The notes under the pieces are model-generated. The model was not told the DNA's origin. It did not search any database and was given only the letters and a program-made list of their open reading frames with translations. This document shows positions 51,101 through 64,000 of a stretch of DNA of 64,000 nt, one piece after another. The translations under genes were made by a program, and so were the position numbers. Source of the stretch: Paragordius varius (Eukaryota; Animalia; Nematomorpha); contig OZ176057.1 in NCBI GenBank assembly GCA_964247055.1, forward strand, positions 1,178,001 through 1,242,000. The letters run 5' to 3'. The first letter of the stretch is position 1; every line of letters starts with the position of its first letter.

Positions 51101-54100
51101 AAATGAACTCGTTTTGCTCATAAAATACCATTGTTATATATATATATATTGCAAAAAACGATCTAGTCATCTCATATATCCTGCATTTATTTTTTACGTA
51201 TTTTACCGGTAACTCAATTAAAATTTAATGACACCAAAATCAAATTATGTACATATTTATATATAGTTGTATATATACATGATAAATTACATACATGTTA
51301 CTAAATATCATCAACCAGTAGGGAAAATACTTTGCTACACTAAACTCGGCTATTTTTGTATCGAATCGGGTATTATTTAATAATTTTGAGAAATTATGTT
51401 TTATGTGGATTGGTAATCTATAATTTTTTTGCGCAAAAAAATTGCAAAGAACATATGGATGATTGGTTTCTTAAAATCATAACTTTTAATTTATATCTTA
51501 GAGTTTATGCATATATATTTAATATATTAGTATAAATCAGAATAATAATAGAAAACGTCTGCTTGAAAAATTAAATTATTTTTTTCTATCGCGATATATT
51601 GATTGATAATGTATATTCTCTCAAATTATTTATAGTTTTTTTTGAAATTCAACATTTATTTATATTCATTCCATTTGTTTTACTAATAATTGTCAATTAT
51701 TATATATATATATATATATAATATAATTCTGAGGAAATCTATGTAGCCTTCACACGTTTAATTTGTTATATAATTTATTAAATAATAATTTCTATGCCAT
51801 GAAAACAAAGTATATACGGACCCATGGAATTATTTTAGCTAATAGTATACTCAACAAGTTAAAGACATCGGAAGGAAGGATAAAAAGAGTTAATTGATAT
51901 GAAAGAATTGATTTAACATTTTTAAATGACTCGTATGCTCACAACGCCAATAATTGTGCCAAAATTAACTTTCCACAAAAATGTTTATCATTATTGACCA
52001 ATTTCTCCAACTTTAAAAGACTTACCATATATTTTCTGGATATTATACAATTATATCTTACCATTATTTTCTTTTCTTATTTGCATTTCTGGATATACTT
52101 TCATTTAATGTTGCAATTCCGTTTTTTGAAAAAAATGGCATTTTACGGGGGGAGCGGGTAAAAAGAGGGCCTAAATCAAAAAAGTGACTCGACTATGTTC
52201 GGCGCAATCGAAAATAAGTAAACAAAAATCATATTTGAAATTGAATACCAACACGTTCTCCGGAAAATTGTCTCAAAAACACGATTTTGTGGGCTTCTGT
52301 TTTTTAAAAAAAACGTTTTTCATACGGGGTGGGCCCGAACTGGGGGCCTATTTCAAAAAAGGGCGAAGCTATTGTCGGGACATTTATTAATGATTATATT
52401 TTTTCGATATTTGGATTTGATTGGGTCTACCGGTTTTCCTGTACCAGATCACAAAGCCAGCATTTTCCATTTTTTTAAATATATAGATTAATGAACCGAA
52501 TTATAGTAAAAATCATTCAAAAATACTTGATATTTTTAAGAGGTAAAACCCAATATTTAGCCATGTGTATAAGCTAAATACTAAAATAATAAAAAATATT
52601 CCACTTTTTCTATTTATATCAACGTTAAATTTGATTTTAATAAAAAAGTAGACTTAATCTTAGGCCTAGAATCAATCTATCCAGCGAATACCTTTTCCAA
52701 AGAATGTCCTCGAATAATGTGTCCAAAGTAACCAAATTTTTGTTTTATTATTTTACCCCGAAGCGTTGTTTGCGCGTTGATTTTGTTTAGGATGTATATG
52801 TTCTTGATTTTGTCCTCCCATGTTATACTAAGTATTAAGCCTTTTATTCATTTACCAAAATGGAAATATGCTTTTTAAATCATTTACTCTAATTTCATCT
52901 GTAAATATTAATTTATCGCGCATAATCACAGTTTTTTGCGTTCATTTTTTTTGAAAAAAAAAACAAATTATAGCGGAAAATAGTGACAATTTTGGATCAT
53001 ACTTTAACATCAATGATATTGATTTTCGATCACACATTTTGCTTACAGAAAAAGGCGTTTTAATCTCAATTTATATAAGTTCAGTAAAAAACCCTCGATT
53101 ATTTTATAAGGTCATATGCGGGATTGTGAGATTGATCGATTTGATATACCCTAGAGACCCAACTTTTGGGCTAATTGACTACTGCCATTTGGATTTAAAA
53201 GAAATACATAATAATAATATTAAAAATTTTATATGTCCTTATACATTTTCCGTATAAACATTATGGGTAAAGTGTGAGCCACTCTAATTTATATAAAGAA
53301 CCTTTAATAAGAGTGAGTTTTTACCATTGCCATAATTTTAAGTAAAAGGTATACTTTTATTTATATAATGTTTTCATCAGGAAAAATTACTTTAGATAGA
53401 TTTACGATAAAATGTGATTTATAGAGTCATTAGTTAATTTATTTTGATAAATTTAATATATATTTTTATACCTTATATGCATCATATAATATTATCTACA
53501 TCAAAATGTTTATTATGATATTTATAACGGATAAAAAAAACGATTTAATAATTTTGAATTTCATATGTAAATATTAATAAATTTATGAAAGCATTATCAG
53601 CATGAAAAGTGTTTCTCACAATATTTAGACGTGTTTGAAGCATTTTACTATTTGTGCGAAATGCCTTAAAATACAAATTAAATGTTGCTAAATTTCGATT
53701 TAGCATTTGTAGAACAGATGCGTACCTAAAATTAGCAATGTTAAAATCATTGGGATTTTCAAAATAATATTTAGGAAAAATGAATAATAATTCCGAATTC
53801 AAAGACAAAATTAATTTTGTCAATCATTGGAAAATATACATTTTCACCTCAAATTCGCCCTTGAACACCTCATTCTTGAATTATTAATTTACCTCAAACA
53901 ATTCGCCCTTAAACATCGAAAATAATCCTTAAACGGTTCAAATTTACACCCTTAAAATAATTGTTTTGGTAATTGAAAATTACCTATATTTTCTTATATT
54001 TTTAAACATAAAGCTATGTTTAAAGCCAACATATTACAGAAAAAATGATAAACCATGCCATAAAGATTATTTAATATCATGAGTTTATTAGCCCAAATAC

Positions 54101-57100
54101 ATATTTATTTATAGTTAAATCTGAAATGTTTGAGGCTTAATTTATCATGTTGGTGAATTTGAAATGTTCAAGGGTGAATTTGCCGTGTAAATGGTATAAA
54201 TTTTATCTGAAAACTTAACTCTTTAAAAGCGTTTATTTATATAGGGATTGGAAAACGCCGCTTTAGATCTAACATAAGGTTCAGATGCGTGATATGCGGT
54301 CCTCGAAAAATTTAAAATTATCAAATAAAAACGAAATAATCGTCTAATTTGTAAAAATACATTTAAAAAATCTTAACATTGACATTTTTTGCAAGTTTCT
54401 TTTATATAAGTCTTTCCAGCTAGAGAAAATGATATAGCACTTATATTTGTTGGTCTTATGTTTAAAATCTTTCATTAATATCCATATATTTTTATAGGGC
54501 CCGACGTATTTTTTGACTTGAAAATCCGGCGAAACTATTTTTTGTGGTGGACATTCCTGTTCTAAACAACAAAAAATTTTAATTTATTTAAAAATTCTTG
54601 TGTGAGTGAATATCATTCAATTTTATTATCTAAATTATGTTTACGAAAAAGTAATTGCAATCAATATATTTTATTTTTGTAACCTTTTCTCCACATTGGT
54701 CAAAATATTATATTAACTTTCGATTATAACCATATTTAACTAAAAACAGTCAAGCCTATAAAAAAAACCGGAATTATTTGATAGAATACTGTTTTTTTTC
54801 ATAAAAAATGGTTAGTGAAACCCAGAAGTAGAAAAAGCGAATTGAAAAAAATGATATCAATTCCAATCCTTTATCATAAACGATTCAGGAGTATTCATAA
54901 GCAACCGAATAATTCAATTTTTGAGTCAAAAATACGGCCAGAAAAGCCATTTAAGTTGGAGCATTCCTGATCCAAATAAACAAAAAAACACTCTCATAAA
55001 TATTCAATAGATGATATCCTGATTAAACAAAGGTTTGTCATACTTTAAAGGTTTTACCTTTTCTATGTAGATCTTCTGCAAACATTGATGCACGGAAAAG
55101 TTTGACTCCATTGAGATCGGTTAAACGGTCTTTATCAAGAGGATCCGCCTATTCATATTCTAGCCGAAGCTCTTCAGTCTACCCAGGCAATAAAATTCGA
55201 ACACGAATAAAAACCGAAAAAATTGATGATAATCGTAGGAAAGAATATAAAGCCTCTAAGGCCAGCAATATTAGAGTTTCACGATCTATATCTCAGAGTC
55301 CGTTTCGAACTATCTCTAGAAGTCCATCCTCGCCCCATCATCGACATAAGAACAAAACTTACACATCTTCTGGTTATCATCACAGGCAGTATATTAATTA
55401 TTATTTCAGACAATTAGTTTTTTTTTTGAAAAGTGATATTAAAAATTAAATAGGTAAAAATTAAACATCACAAGTCAACGATTTATCTATTTTGGAAAAA
55501 CAACTATAATTTTTCTTCTATTTTTTGGTTGCATATATCATTTTTACCCCAAAATAAGGATAGGAATGCATTGACAATTTTGGTTTTGCAATTGGCTTAA
55601 AGGAGATTTTATTTATATGATCTGTTACCATATAAGGAGATTTTTCCTTTTAAATATTAACATAATTAAAATTGAATTAAAAAGACTTTGAGACATGGCA
55701 ACAGGCATGTTGCAAATAAAACCCTCTTTAGTCAACCAAATATCCAAATGACCAATAATATCTCTCGTTACTCTGTATTTTATATATGTAATCATATATG
55801 GATATAATCATAAAGATCATATAATATGTTTCCTATAAAAAATATTGGTTTTTTACTATTTATTTAAATTAAAGATAATTTTTGATATACTCTTTATCAT
55901 TAATGCTAATTACTACAAATAAGTGCCTAAAAACAATGGCCTTACTCTTTATTGCTGGCCTACAATTATCGTGTTAATCTATGTCCCCTTGTAATTCTTT
56001 ATTCATATCATAAAATATATAGAAGACAACGTTCCATATCCTCCTCAAGACGGTATAGTCCGAGCAGTAGGGAACGAAGAAATGATTCACAAAAAAGCCC
56101 CCCGCGGCATTCGAGGGATTACTATGAAACAGTTGATGGACGAAGCCATTATATTAGTCGTGAATATAATCGCGCGAAAAATAGAAGTCCTGACATGCAT
56201 ACGCGGACACGGCATCGTAATGATTTTGACGGGCTAAGTAAAGGGTCTTCAATCAGAACTACCAGCGGCAGCGGTAAAAACACAAATAATAAGTTTTACA
56301 GTGAAGCATTTTATCACAATGTTTTGGCACCGGCTCTAGCCTTGGCCGAAGCCAAAAAGCGTGCAAAGTTACGTGCTAATGTGTTTGCCGACGAATTTAA
56401 TCGTACATCGTCGTACCAAGATGTCCATCATAAAGCGAGTAGAAATACGTATTATGACAAGAGAGATGATTTTCAAAATTTTGAACCGTCTAATAATGAT
56501 TCTTACCCCAAAGATTATCAATCATATGAGGAACGGTACTTTGATAGTCAAAAATACAATAGATATCATGATGATACATACCACAATCACACTTTACACG
56601 ACAGAGAAGAACGCGTAATATACGGGGCGGGAAAAACATCATCTCATCAACACCAATCCCCTAATGTTATTCCACCCAAGAAAAAAGGACCTCTTTTGCC
56701 TATACCCACCGATGAATATGTAAGCGTTGAGCTCAAAAGCAATACCCCTGTAATACACAGCAGTTTTGACGACAAAGAATTGGTGAATAGGAACAAAACT
56801 GACGAAAAAGTAATTGAATGTCCAAGGAAACAAGAGACAAATGATTATCCAAACACGACAAACGATGATCCTACCAAAATGGACGTTTCTATGGGAAATG
56901 AATCAAGCATCAATGTAGACCACGAGAAAACGCCATTATCCGGATTGCCTGTTTCCAAACAAGAGGTGTCAAACCAATCTGGAGAAGATTTCGAAACAAA
57001 CAGTAATGATTACAAACAAAGCGATTTACGTATCTTAGATGAATATACAAGGAATGAAAATACCACACCATTGTTAACCAAAAGCGATTCTGTTTACGTT

Positions 57101-58709
57101 GAGAGGAAAGAAAAAAGCTCTGCATCATCTTCCAAAACAGATAACAAGATCAGGGTATCGAAAACGCGCTCCCCTAAAACTGTTGAAAAACTAAAACAAC
57201 CTAGGCAAAGGACATCGCCAGTTACAGAATCTAACGGCTCAAAAGTTATAAGTTTAGTCAAAAAAGTGGTTCCAAACGATGAGATGTCCACTAAAAGTCA
57301 CAAAATCAAAACTTTTACCTCAAAAGAAAAATCGTCAATTGATCAAGGGAAAACTGTTTTACCCATGTCAAGTCAAGACCCTAAACGATATCGAGACTTG
57401 GCGACGTCTTCGCTTAAACGCACAAATCAAACCGAAATTCCAGTCTCATCTGTTAAAGATTCCGTCCGCATTTTCGGAGCCCGGAGTGTCCTTTTAAAGA
57501 CTGATGATAATTTTAAGAAAGGCATATCTTTTGGTCACTCCCTAACAGCTGGTGGTATCAAAAATCCGCCTAAAATCAAAGTTATACTGCATAAGAATCA
57601 AAAACTTGCAGATCCACTCAAATCTACTGAAAACAAAGAATTACCATTGCCCAACACTCCTAAGCAATTATCTTCCGCCGTAATGAATGTTGTCAAACCA
57701 ACTAAAAGCAATAAAAAGTCAAAATCCATAGGAGGAAACAACATTGCAAAAAATATGGACGAATTAACAAATAATTATGATAGAGAGCGTAATCAAAGCC
57801 AACCAAAAATTTTGGAAGAACCAATCAACAATGTTTCTGATGCTATAACACTGCAAGATCCTCATGTGACAGCTTCTGATAACGTTAATTATACCGGTAT
57901 GAATTTATCATATAAGTTTTTATTGGTGATAAATTAATCTCTGAATTATCCCAAGATTTGGTGGAATTAAGAGTAGTTTTTTACAATAGAACAACCACCT
58001 TCTCTCTCGCTCTATATTTGCGGTTTTAAAAATTATTTGATTAATATTTATAACCATTTTTTCATTTTTTATGCGTAGGCCGTTTGCTTAACGTGTTAAT
58101 TGAATTAAAATCCGCGGAATAGCTATTAAGCGTTTTCTTAATAGTCAATATATTTTTATCGAACTTTAGTCTTTAAGATTTTATATATAAACATATTTTG
58201 GCAATATTTCGATAACCACCAAGAATATTACATATTTTGCCGATTATTTACAGATTTGATTTCGTCATTGGTTTCGGCTCATATTTTTTAGATTTTTAAC
58301 GTTTCGTGCACTTTCAACTTACATCATCTTTTAACTAAATATTTTTATTTTATATTTTAACACTTTTTTTGTAGATGACACTTTTGACATCCACGTAAAG
58401 GATGATTATGAAGATCTGAATTTCGAGGAATCCAGCTCTACTTTAAACCAAACAAATTCTTTAGCTGTTACTCAAACATCAAGAATTACTTTACCTAAAA
58501 AAGAGAAAAATATAATCAATTATAACACTGACTATCCTGATAAAAATAGTCGGCAAAAGCATTCAAAAAAACATAAAAAGAAGCATAAAAAAGATAAACG
58601 AGATGGTCGAACTCATGATAGCGGTAGTCGAAAACGTGGACATAAACACAAATCTAAAAAGGAAAAGAAACGTAGCAAAAATAAAAGGAGTCGAAGGTCA
58701 TCAAGTTAA
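40699..58709 (+). CDS. RBBP6: RBBP6 E3 ubiquitin ligase / cleavage-polyadenylation factor, 16 exons, about 1404 aa
   Basis: Exons 40699-40867, 40937-41082, 41908-42062, 42285-42381, 43430-43575, 43972-44082, 45144-45262, 46377-46536, 47405-47450, 48217-48313, 48811-48895, 49239-49426, 50711-50879, 55071-55388, 56023-57896, 58375-58709 (4215 nt, phases consistent). DWNN (MSFIYYKFKS..FDGLHISL..IPKNTSVII.RVP), ERIKAMM, zinc knuckle CYRCHIPGHWIQYC, RIKRSTGIPKSF, RING (CIIC..PCCGQNYCLNC..CPAC), Pro-rich and RS-rich regions, Lys/His-rich tail. Confidence 0.93.
42525..43460 (+). repeat. Tandem repeat of the RBBP6 intron-4 end / exon-5 start
   Basis: A GAACATTCTAGCAATATTGGTG-type block occurs near 42535, 42780, 42890, 43000, 43122, 43250, 43315 and 43430; the last copy is the real exon start. 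Confidence 0.85.
44360..44884. mobile_element. MITE family A nested inside a family B element in RBBP6 intron 6
   Basis: A-type TIRs interrupt the B-type sequence ATGTGTTT..GCTAAT/ATAACTCAT, which is contiguous in the uninterrupted B copy at about 45785-45815. Confidence 0.75.
45960..46390 (+). repeat. Tandem repeat (about 135-bp unit) of the RBBP6 intron-7 end / exon-8 start
   Basis: TTTTAG-GTGTCTAA (about 45968), CCCCAG-GTATCTCA (about 46117), CCCAG-GTATTTCA (about 46253) and AAATAG-GTATCTCAAAAG (true acceptor, 46376), separated by similar TTGTTTTACATA...TTTCCATTT(C/T)AGA..ATCAT blocks. Confidence 0.7.
48103..48152. repeat. (TA)n microsatellite abutting a family B MITE end
   Basis: About 25 TA units directly after GTAAATGG. 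Similar tracts at about 6663, 8166, 9243, 10696, 18895, 19238, 44267, 45710, 50680, 51702 and 59120. Confidence 0.95.
52670..52870 (-). mobile_element. RTE-type LINE 3' fragment in RBBP6 intron 13
   Basis: WEDKIKNIYILNKINAQTTLRGKIIKQKFGYFGHIIRGHSLEKVFAG, homologous to the 36768-37064 translation. Confidence 0.75.
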
Positions 58710-59113
58710 TACTATTTCGAGCCCATTTAAATTATATGACATATGTATGGAAATTAATTAAATTTATACCATACACTTTCCAACGTGCCTCTGGAAGCAA
58801 ATGAATCGATTATATACGATGCGCATTGAACTATTTATATTATGTCGCTCTGTTGTAAAAAAAAAAATAAATGTTAAAAAATTGTGAATATATATTAGTC
58901 TAATTTTCAGCTTGAGTGTTTATGGCATCCAAATTTGTAAAGTGAACAAACGATTTACGGTGGGCTTTTTAACCCTATGCCAAAGTTTAATCTACTATCC
59001 GCTTGGGACCAAAAAAATATGTGTTTTTTTAACTTATTTTATTATCTTGTCTTGTTATTAATTTTTTTTAGATTTTATTGAGAAATTACAAAATATTTTC
59101 ATTGAGCGTAATT

Positions 59114-59144
<31 letters not shown>

Positions 59145-60499
59145 GTAATTTACAGAAATATTTATAGGGCTTACCGTATTCAATAAATAATTTAAATCAT
59201 TTAATTATACGTCGATTGAAGACTTTCTTGAAAAATCATACATGCGCCACCTCGTCCAATAAAGTTAAAAATAAAATTTTAAAATCAAATATTTATCCTA
59301 TGACTAACCTCACACTCCGTAAAAGATACTTGTTTTAAGCAAATCTGCTTAGGATGGTTTTAAGTAATTATTAATTAACTAGAATAGCTAAAAAATAATA
59401 GATAGAAAAAATATGTTGTATTTTTAAAACCAATTTTTTGCATCAGGAAAATGAATTAATCATCGTTTTGACTAAGCACAGCAATTCACCGATTATTGTT
59501 TGTACTTTATTTTTGCAAAAATGTAATTTAACCCAGTTCACTCTATAATTAACGTGATTTATTAATTTGCGAAAAAAATATGTTTATGCTTTATATCAGA
59601 ATATAGGTATAGGTTATATTACTAACGTCCGATTTCTCATAAAATTGGATTATTAATTTACATGGTCTATCGCTAAAATTTTAGAACGTTTAGTACAATA
59701 GAAGGTAAATTATACCTCCTATTTAGGTTTATAAAAATCCTTAACAAAAAAATCCAACAAGTGTTGTTAAAATTCATAAATGAATTATCACCATTTTAAA
59801 TATCTATTTAGGCGATAAAAACCTTAAAATTTTCGGTTGACAGAAATGTCCAGCAGTATCGAATTTTATACCATGCTTTTGAAATCGGGGGTATATAATA
59901 ATACCCTGATGAAATTTATATATAAATATTAGGATTATCATGATGCTTTTGGTTTTTTTGGAGCTTACGAGTGATATATAGTAGTTATTTGCATTTTGTG
60001 GTGATTTTTTGATAATGAGTCGCAATTAGCGCACATTCCTAATATTTTTTTGCCTTATTCCAAAAAATACCATTAAAATATAGGATATACTATAAAAAAG
60101 TCTTATAAAATTTTTTATTAGATGTGTCCAATACTCCCAAATTTTTTCGGTCTTTTAAAATGGGCATCTCTCAAAATAAATGCAAAAATGCCAACGTTAT
60201 AATTTTTTTTAATATATTTTTAATTACGGCATCAAAAAATATAAAAATGCATACTTTCAAAAATTAAATTTTTAAAAAGTTGTTGAGACACAATCCAGGC
60301 ATCCAGGAGTGGGTGAGACAGGCATGGTTCCAACCGTCCCTGTCCTTACCGGACGACCCTTACCGCCTTCCTTCGCTTTACACGCCTCAGGGCAGGGAAA
60401 CGCCACTTTCTTGTTGAGTGCTTCTAAGGGTATATACAGTAAAACATGTAGTGCAACAGATAAATTAAAAGTATTGAATTATAGGCAATTTACCCCCTA

Positions 60500-63075
60500 T
60501 CAAAGTATTTAAGGTTACAGTCTACCACAAACTATCCCCCGGATCCGCCCTTTTCGCAGATAGTCTTTGAAGGCAGCGCTCGCGCCGACGCTGACGTATG
60601 GCGTAAAGTCTCTCCTCTTCCTCTAATAATTCCTTAATTTCGCTGCATCTATTTCTCCAACCCCCATTTAACACTAGGGTGACAAAATTTGGTTCCGCAA
60701 GGCCCACACGTTGCAAGAAAACACACATACGTCCAAGCCATGTTTTTCTGTACTTCAATTAGGCTGGATGGGCATCAAGTTTCCATTCCAAAGCTGCCTT
60801 AAGCGGGCCCATCTCATTATAGCGTAGCTGATGAGCCACCACATGCAGACTTGACAACGTTATTCCCAGCACGAGAGGCAAGGTATCGGTTTTCAAGTGA
60901 AGCCTACAAGTGGCGAGTTGTCACCGTGTTTTGGTTGGAGTATCACCTGATGACTCAACGATTTATTTACAAATACCTGAGCCTGCGGGTATGCTTGATA
61001 GAATTTGGTCACACTGACAAGCCATATGGATCCTATGGAGAATTAGACTTTTAAACATTTTTAACTTCAGCTTTTGACCAATCTCCTTCGAGCGCCATAA
61101 ACAGTGTAAACCCTCAAAGATGAGCCTTGCGGAATGCAACCTGAGTAGAGGTGGGTTGATGGAGAATCCCTTTTTGTCCACCATAAATTCCAGGTAGCGA
61201 AAGGACTCCACGACCTCGAATTCCCTTTCAACAGTATTAAACCTCCTCATATCAGACTGGCCTATTATCATTACCTTATATTTATCATAATTAATATTAA
61301 AGCCAATAGGCGTCAGTTCTGATCCAATTGATCGAGGGCCCGTCCCAGGTTTGGCTCCGAATCTGTCAAGATGCAAAGGTCATTTGCGTAGCAGAGTACT
61401 TGGAAAATGACGTTGGGAGAGGTCGATTGCAACTTTCCTACTATGGAATCCATTGCCAAGTTGAAGAGTTTTGGCGACAGGCATCCTTGCCTCAGACATT
61501 TTTTCAAATAGACAAAGTCCGGCGGGTCGTCTCAACTGCCACACGACTACGTGTTCGGACCATCAAGTGAAGTATAAAGTTTTGTAAATTTTCCTTCATG
61601 TCAGCCCTCTTCAAACGCATGAAGCCTAACTTATATCCACGAAGCCCAGGTAGAGAGGGTGTTTATGGCCCTTGCTTTTCTCGATGAAGATTACCAAAGA
61701 ACAAAATAGGTCCGTTTCCCGCCTGAAACCATAGATTGCATGATGCAGTTCACTGAGGCCTAGACCGTTGGCCAATACTTTGTATTCAGCTATATCTCTG
61801 TAATCATTAGGGCTGGCTGGATTGTCCTGCTTTGCAAAATTAATTATTACACATTCCACCCATTCCTCCATCAGTATGCCACGTTCCAACCAACTGTTGA
61901 TGACAGGTTGGACATTGGCGGTGCACTAATAAAACTCTTTTTCCAACCATCAAATGCGCTGCGGTCTGGTCCTCATTTAGTTTAGTAACAATACCTAGTG
62001 GAAAAGTTTCTTTATCCAACTTTACTGAGGATGGTTATCGATATCATCCTAAGCCGCTTTATTTTCCTCCAACAAACCAATGTAATGGCGGTGCAGAGAG
62101 ACCACATTCTCCTGACTGTCCATGCCTGCCATGAGAGTGCAGACTACTGCAGGGCCCGGGTCATTGAGGCAGGAAGCGAATCATAGAAAAAGTTCCCTTT
62201 ATGTCGTTGCGTTTCAAACGATCCGCGTTGGCTTTGATCCATGCTCTGCGGCGACTCGTTAACACTTATTCCGTATATGAGTAAATTATTTAGTCCCCCC
62301 AAATAACTAATCCTCGAGAAGCATGCGTTTGCCTGTTTTTGGAAGTGAGTTAACCAAGCACAGTGGCCCATTCGGATTGACCTATCAAGGGGCGCGGAGG
62401 AATCCATGTTACTTGTAGCTCAGCGCAGATCAACAGATGATCTCTGTCTACGTCGTTGTAGATCAAACACATTCTTAACCATCGACAGGTCTTCCCTCCG
62501 TATATAGACGAATTTGGGAAGGGCACATATTTCTTGCGATTCTTGTGCACGGACCATGTTGGCCCGGAAGAAAAGTGGTGCTAATCAGTAGATGTTGGTC
62601 ATCACAAAAAGATGCAAGAAGTTTACCAGCCTTGGTCAAAGCAGTAAGAATGTGTCTCCCAATAGACCACGAAAATATGTTTCTTCCCAAGGTGCAGTTC
62701 ACCAAATATTAGGAGGCGATTTCATGCCGGGACCAAATCTAGAATGGATCCTAAATCGTTCAAAATCAGCATACTCCGAGACATCATGTGGGCCGTAGGC
62801 ACTAATAAGCGTATGTTTAGTATTAATTTTTATTTGGAGCTCGGCAAATCTATGAGAATGCGGCACAAAATTAATAACTCGTCCACCTTACCAAGAACCC
62901 AACTCTTCCTTTGCTGCTAAAGAGAGTGAACGACCAATTTTTTGACGACCATCGAAGGTGCAGCGAGTTTCTTAAAGGCAAAGAATTGAAGGGGGTTATT
63001 TGAGCAAATCATTCTTACCTTCGCCAATTTTGTTTTGAATGCCAGGAATATTCCAAGAACCAAACTTGAGGAGAT
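60500..63075 (-). mobile_element. Near full-length decayed LINE ORF (APE endonuclease + RT), GC-richer than the host DNA
   Basis: APE motifs LKFGSWNIPG, ILCL*ETR, LISAYGP. RT motifs EEWVECVII..KQDNPASPNDYR, YGFRR, LYLGFVD, LRQGCLSPKLFNL, LCYAND (YADD variant), GFNINYDKYKVM, VVESFRYL. Split over several frames. Confidence 0.9.
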
Positions 63076-64000
63076 ATGGGTAGATATATGAATACAGTAG
63101 TGAATAATAATAAAATTAAATAGATCGATGATGTTGGAATATAGTTGATTTTCATACTTTTTATTATGCAAACGGTTTAAAAACGCTTTAAGATATAACA
63201 CTTTTTCTAAATTTGATTATGCTAAACACAGAATTTTTTTTATATGAACATTAATTAATCAATATATTTTCACCATTTTGTCCTAGTTTACATATTGGGG
63301 TAGTTTTATGTCTCACAGCCCAATGTTAATAAACTACAGTTTTGAAATTATCGAACACTGTTCTCATGTATTAAGTTAAAAAGTTTATATTTTTAACAGT
63401 TTTGTCTCTTCTAAAGTCTAAAAACAGTTCCAAAACTGATTGAAACGAACAGCTGATATTAAAATCAAAATATATCAAGTTTTTCTAATAATATGTAGGC
63501 AGAAAACTTTTTAAAACTTTTACATTTTCTAACCATAATAAACAATTATTTGCCTGTTGCATTAGCGATTAAAAAAAACATAGATAAAGATGGCGGCAAA
63601 AAGTTTGAGATGAGGGTTTTTTACAATTTTACATTTTAAAAAAATATTTTATAATGCGCCTTGAAGATTCAAGAGATCTATAATTCGGCTTGATACATCA
63701 AGTTCTTTTGAATCAAATTTTAAATCGCTCTGGCATATACCCCGGTAATGGAGTGTTTAAAACTCAGCCAAATTAAAAGCAAACGAATTACTAAATTTTG
63801 AGGTAATGGAAATGTTTAATATCTTCTCGTTTTATAGAAAGAGTGTTTATTTAATATACTAAAGCGTAATCCGTTATCATGCTTCAAATTAATGTAAACC
63901 TCGCCCAAAATTTTGCTATAATATAATTTCGGAAAAATATTTTGATGTCAAAGTTTATCATGTTTTAAATTTATTATACGGCATTTACACTTTTACTAAC

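Noticed and set aside
55952-56022. Treating ORF 55952-57937 (661 aa) as a separate gene
   Set aside because: Its first 71 nt are intronic. The frame is exon 15 of RBBP6, phase-compatible with the flanking exons on both sides.
59906-60834. Other CTGATGA heptamers (59906, 60828) and TTGATGAGGGC at about 15419
   Set aside because: No closing stem II, GAAA or stem I pairing, so they are not hammerheads.
63075-63200. HDV-like ribozyme at the 5' end of the long LINE, as known for RTE elements
   Set aside because: The upstream sequence is AT-rich with no nested double pseudoknot; the element looks 5'-truncated or decayed.
1166-63201. Most 60-100 aa ORFs in the supplied track (e.g. 6514-6717, 10612-10851, 48098-48355, 50573-50767)
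   Set aside because: They start at TTG/GTG, are I/F/K/N/Y-rich, overlap MITEs or (TA)n tracts (YIYIY runs), or are antisense shadows of real exons and LINEs.

Overview
Very AT-rich, intron-rich eukaryotic DNA. The gene content (Ly6/three-finger protein, antistasin-type peptides, swiprosin) points to an invertebrate animal; the species cannot be called from sequence alone. By manual splice-phase reconstruction I support seven protein-coding genes: a GPI-anchored Ly6/quiver-like gene, an 8-exon six-bladed Kelch gene, two divergently transcribed secreted antistasin-domain peptide genes, an EFHD/swiprosin-like EF-hand gene, an intronless ABHD11 and a 16-exon RBBP6 (about 1404 aa). Introns and intergenic DNA hold at least five MITE-like families, several decayed RTE-type LINE pieces, one near-complete APE+RT LINE, (TA)n tracts and a 149-bp tandem array. 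The most notable items are two back-to-back degenerate minimal hammerhead ribozyme motifs in an inverted repeat inside the EFHD intron (Penelope-like relic), 24-30 nt candidate introns plus a 26-nt microexon, repeated tandem amplification of splice-acceptor/exon-start units in RBBP6, an unresolved splice-phase break in EFHD, and the antistasin peptide pair. I saw no rRNA, tRNA or CRISPR. All calls come from reading the sequence by eye; no searches or folding programs were run, and repeat boundaries are approximate.
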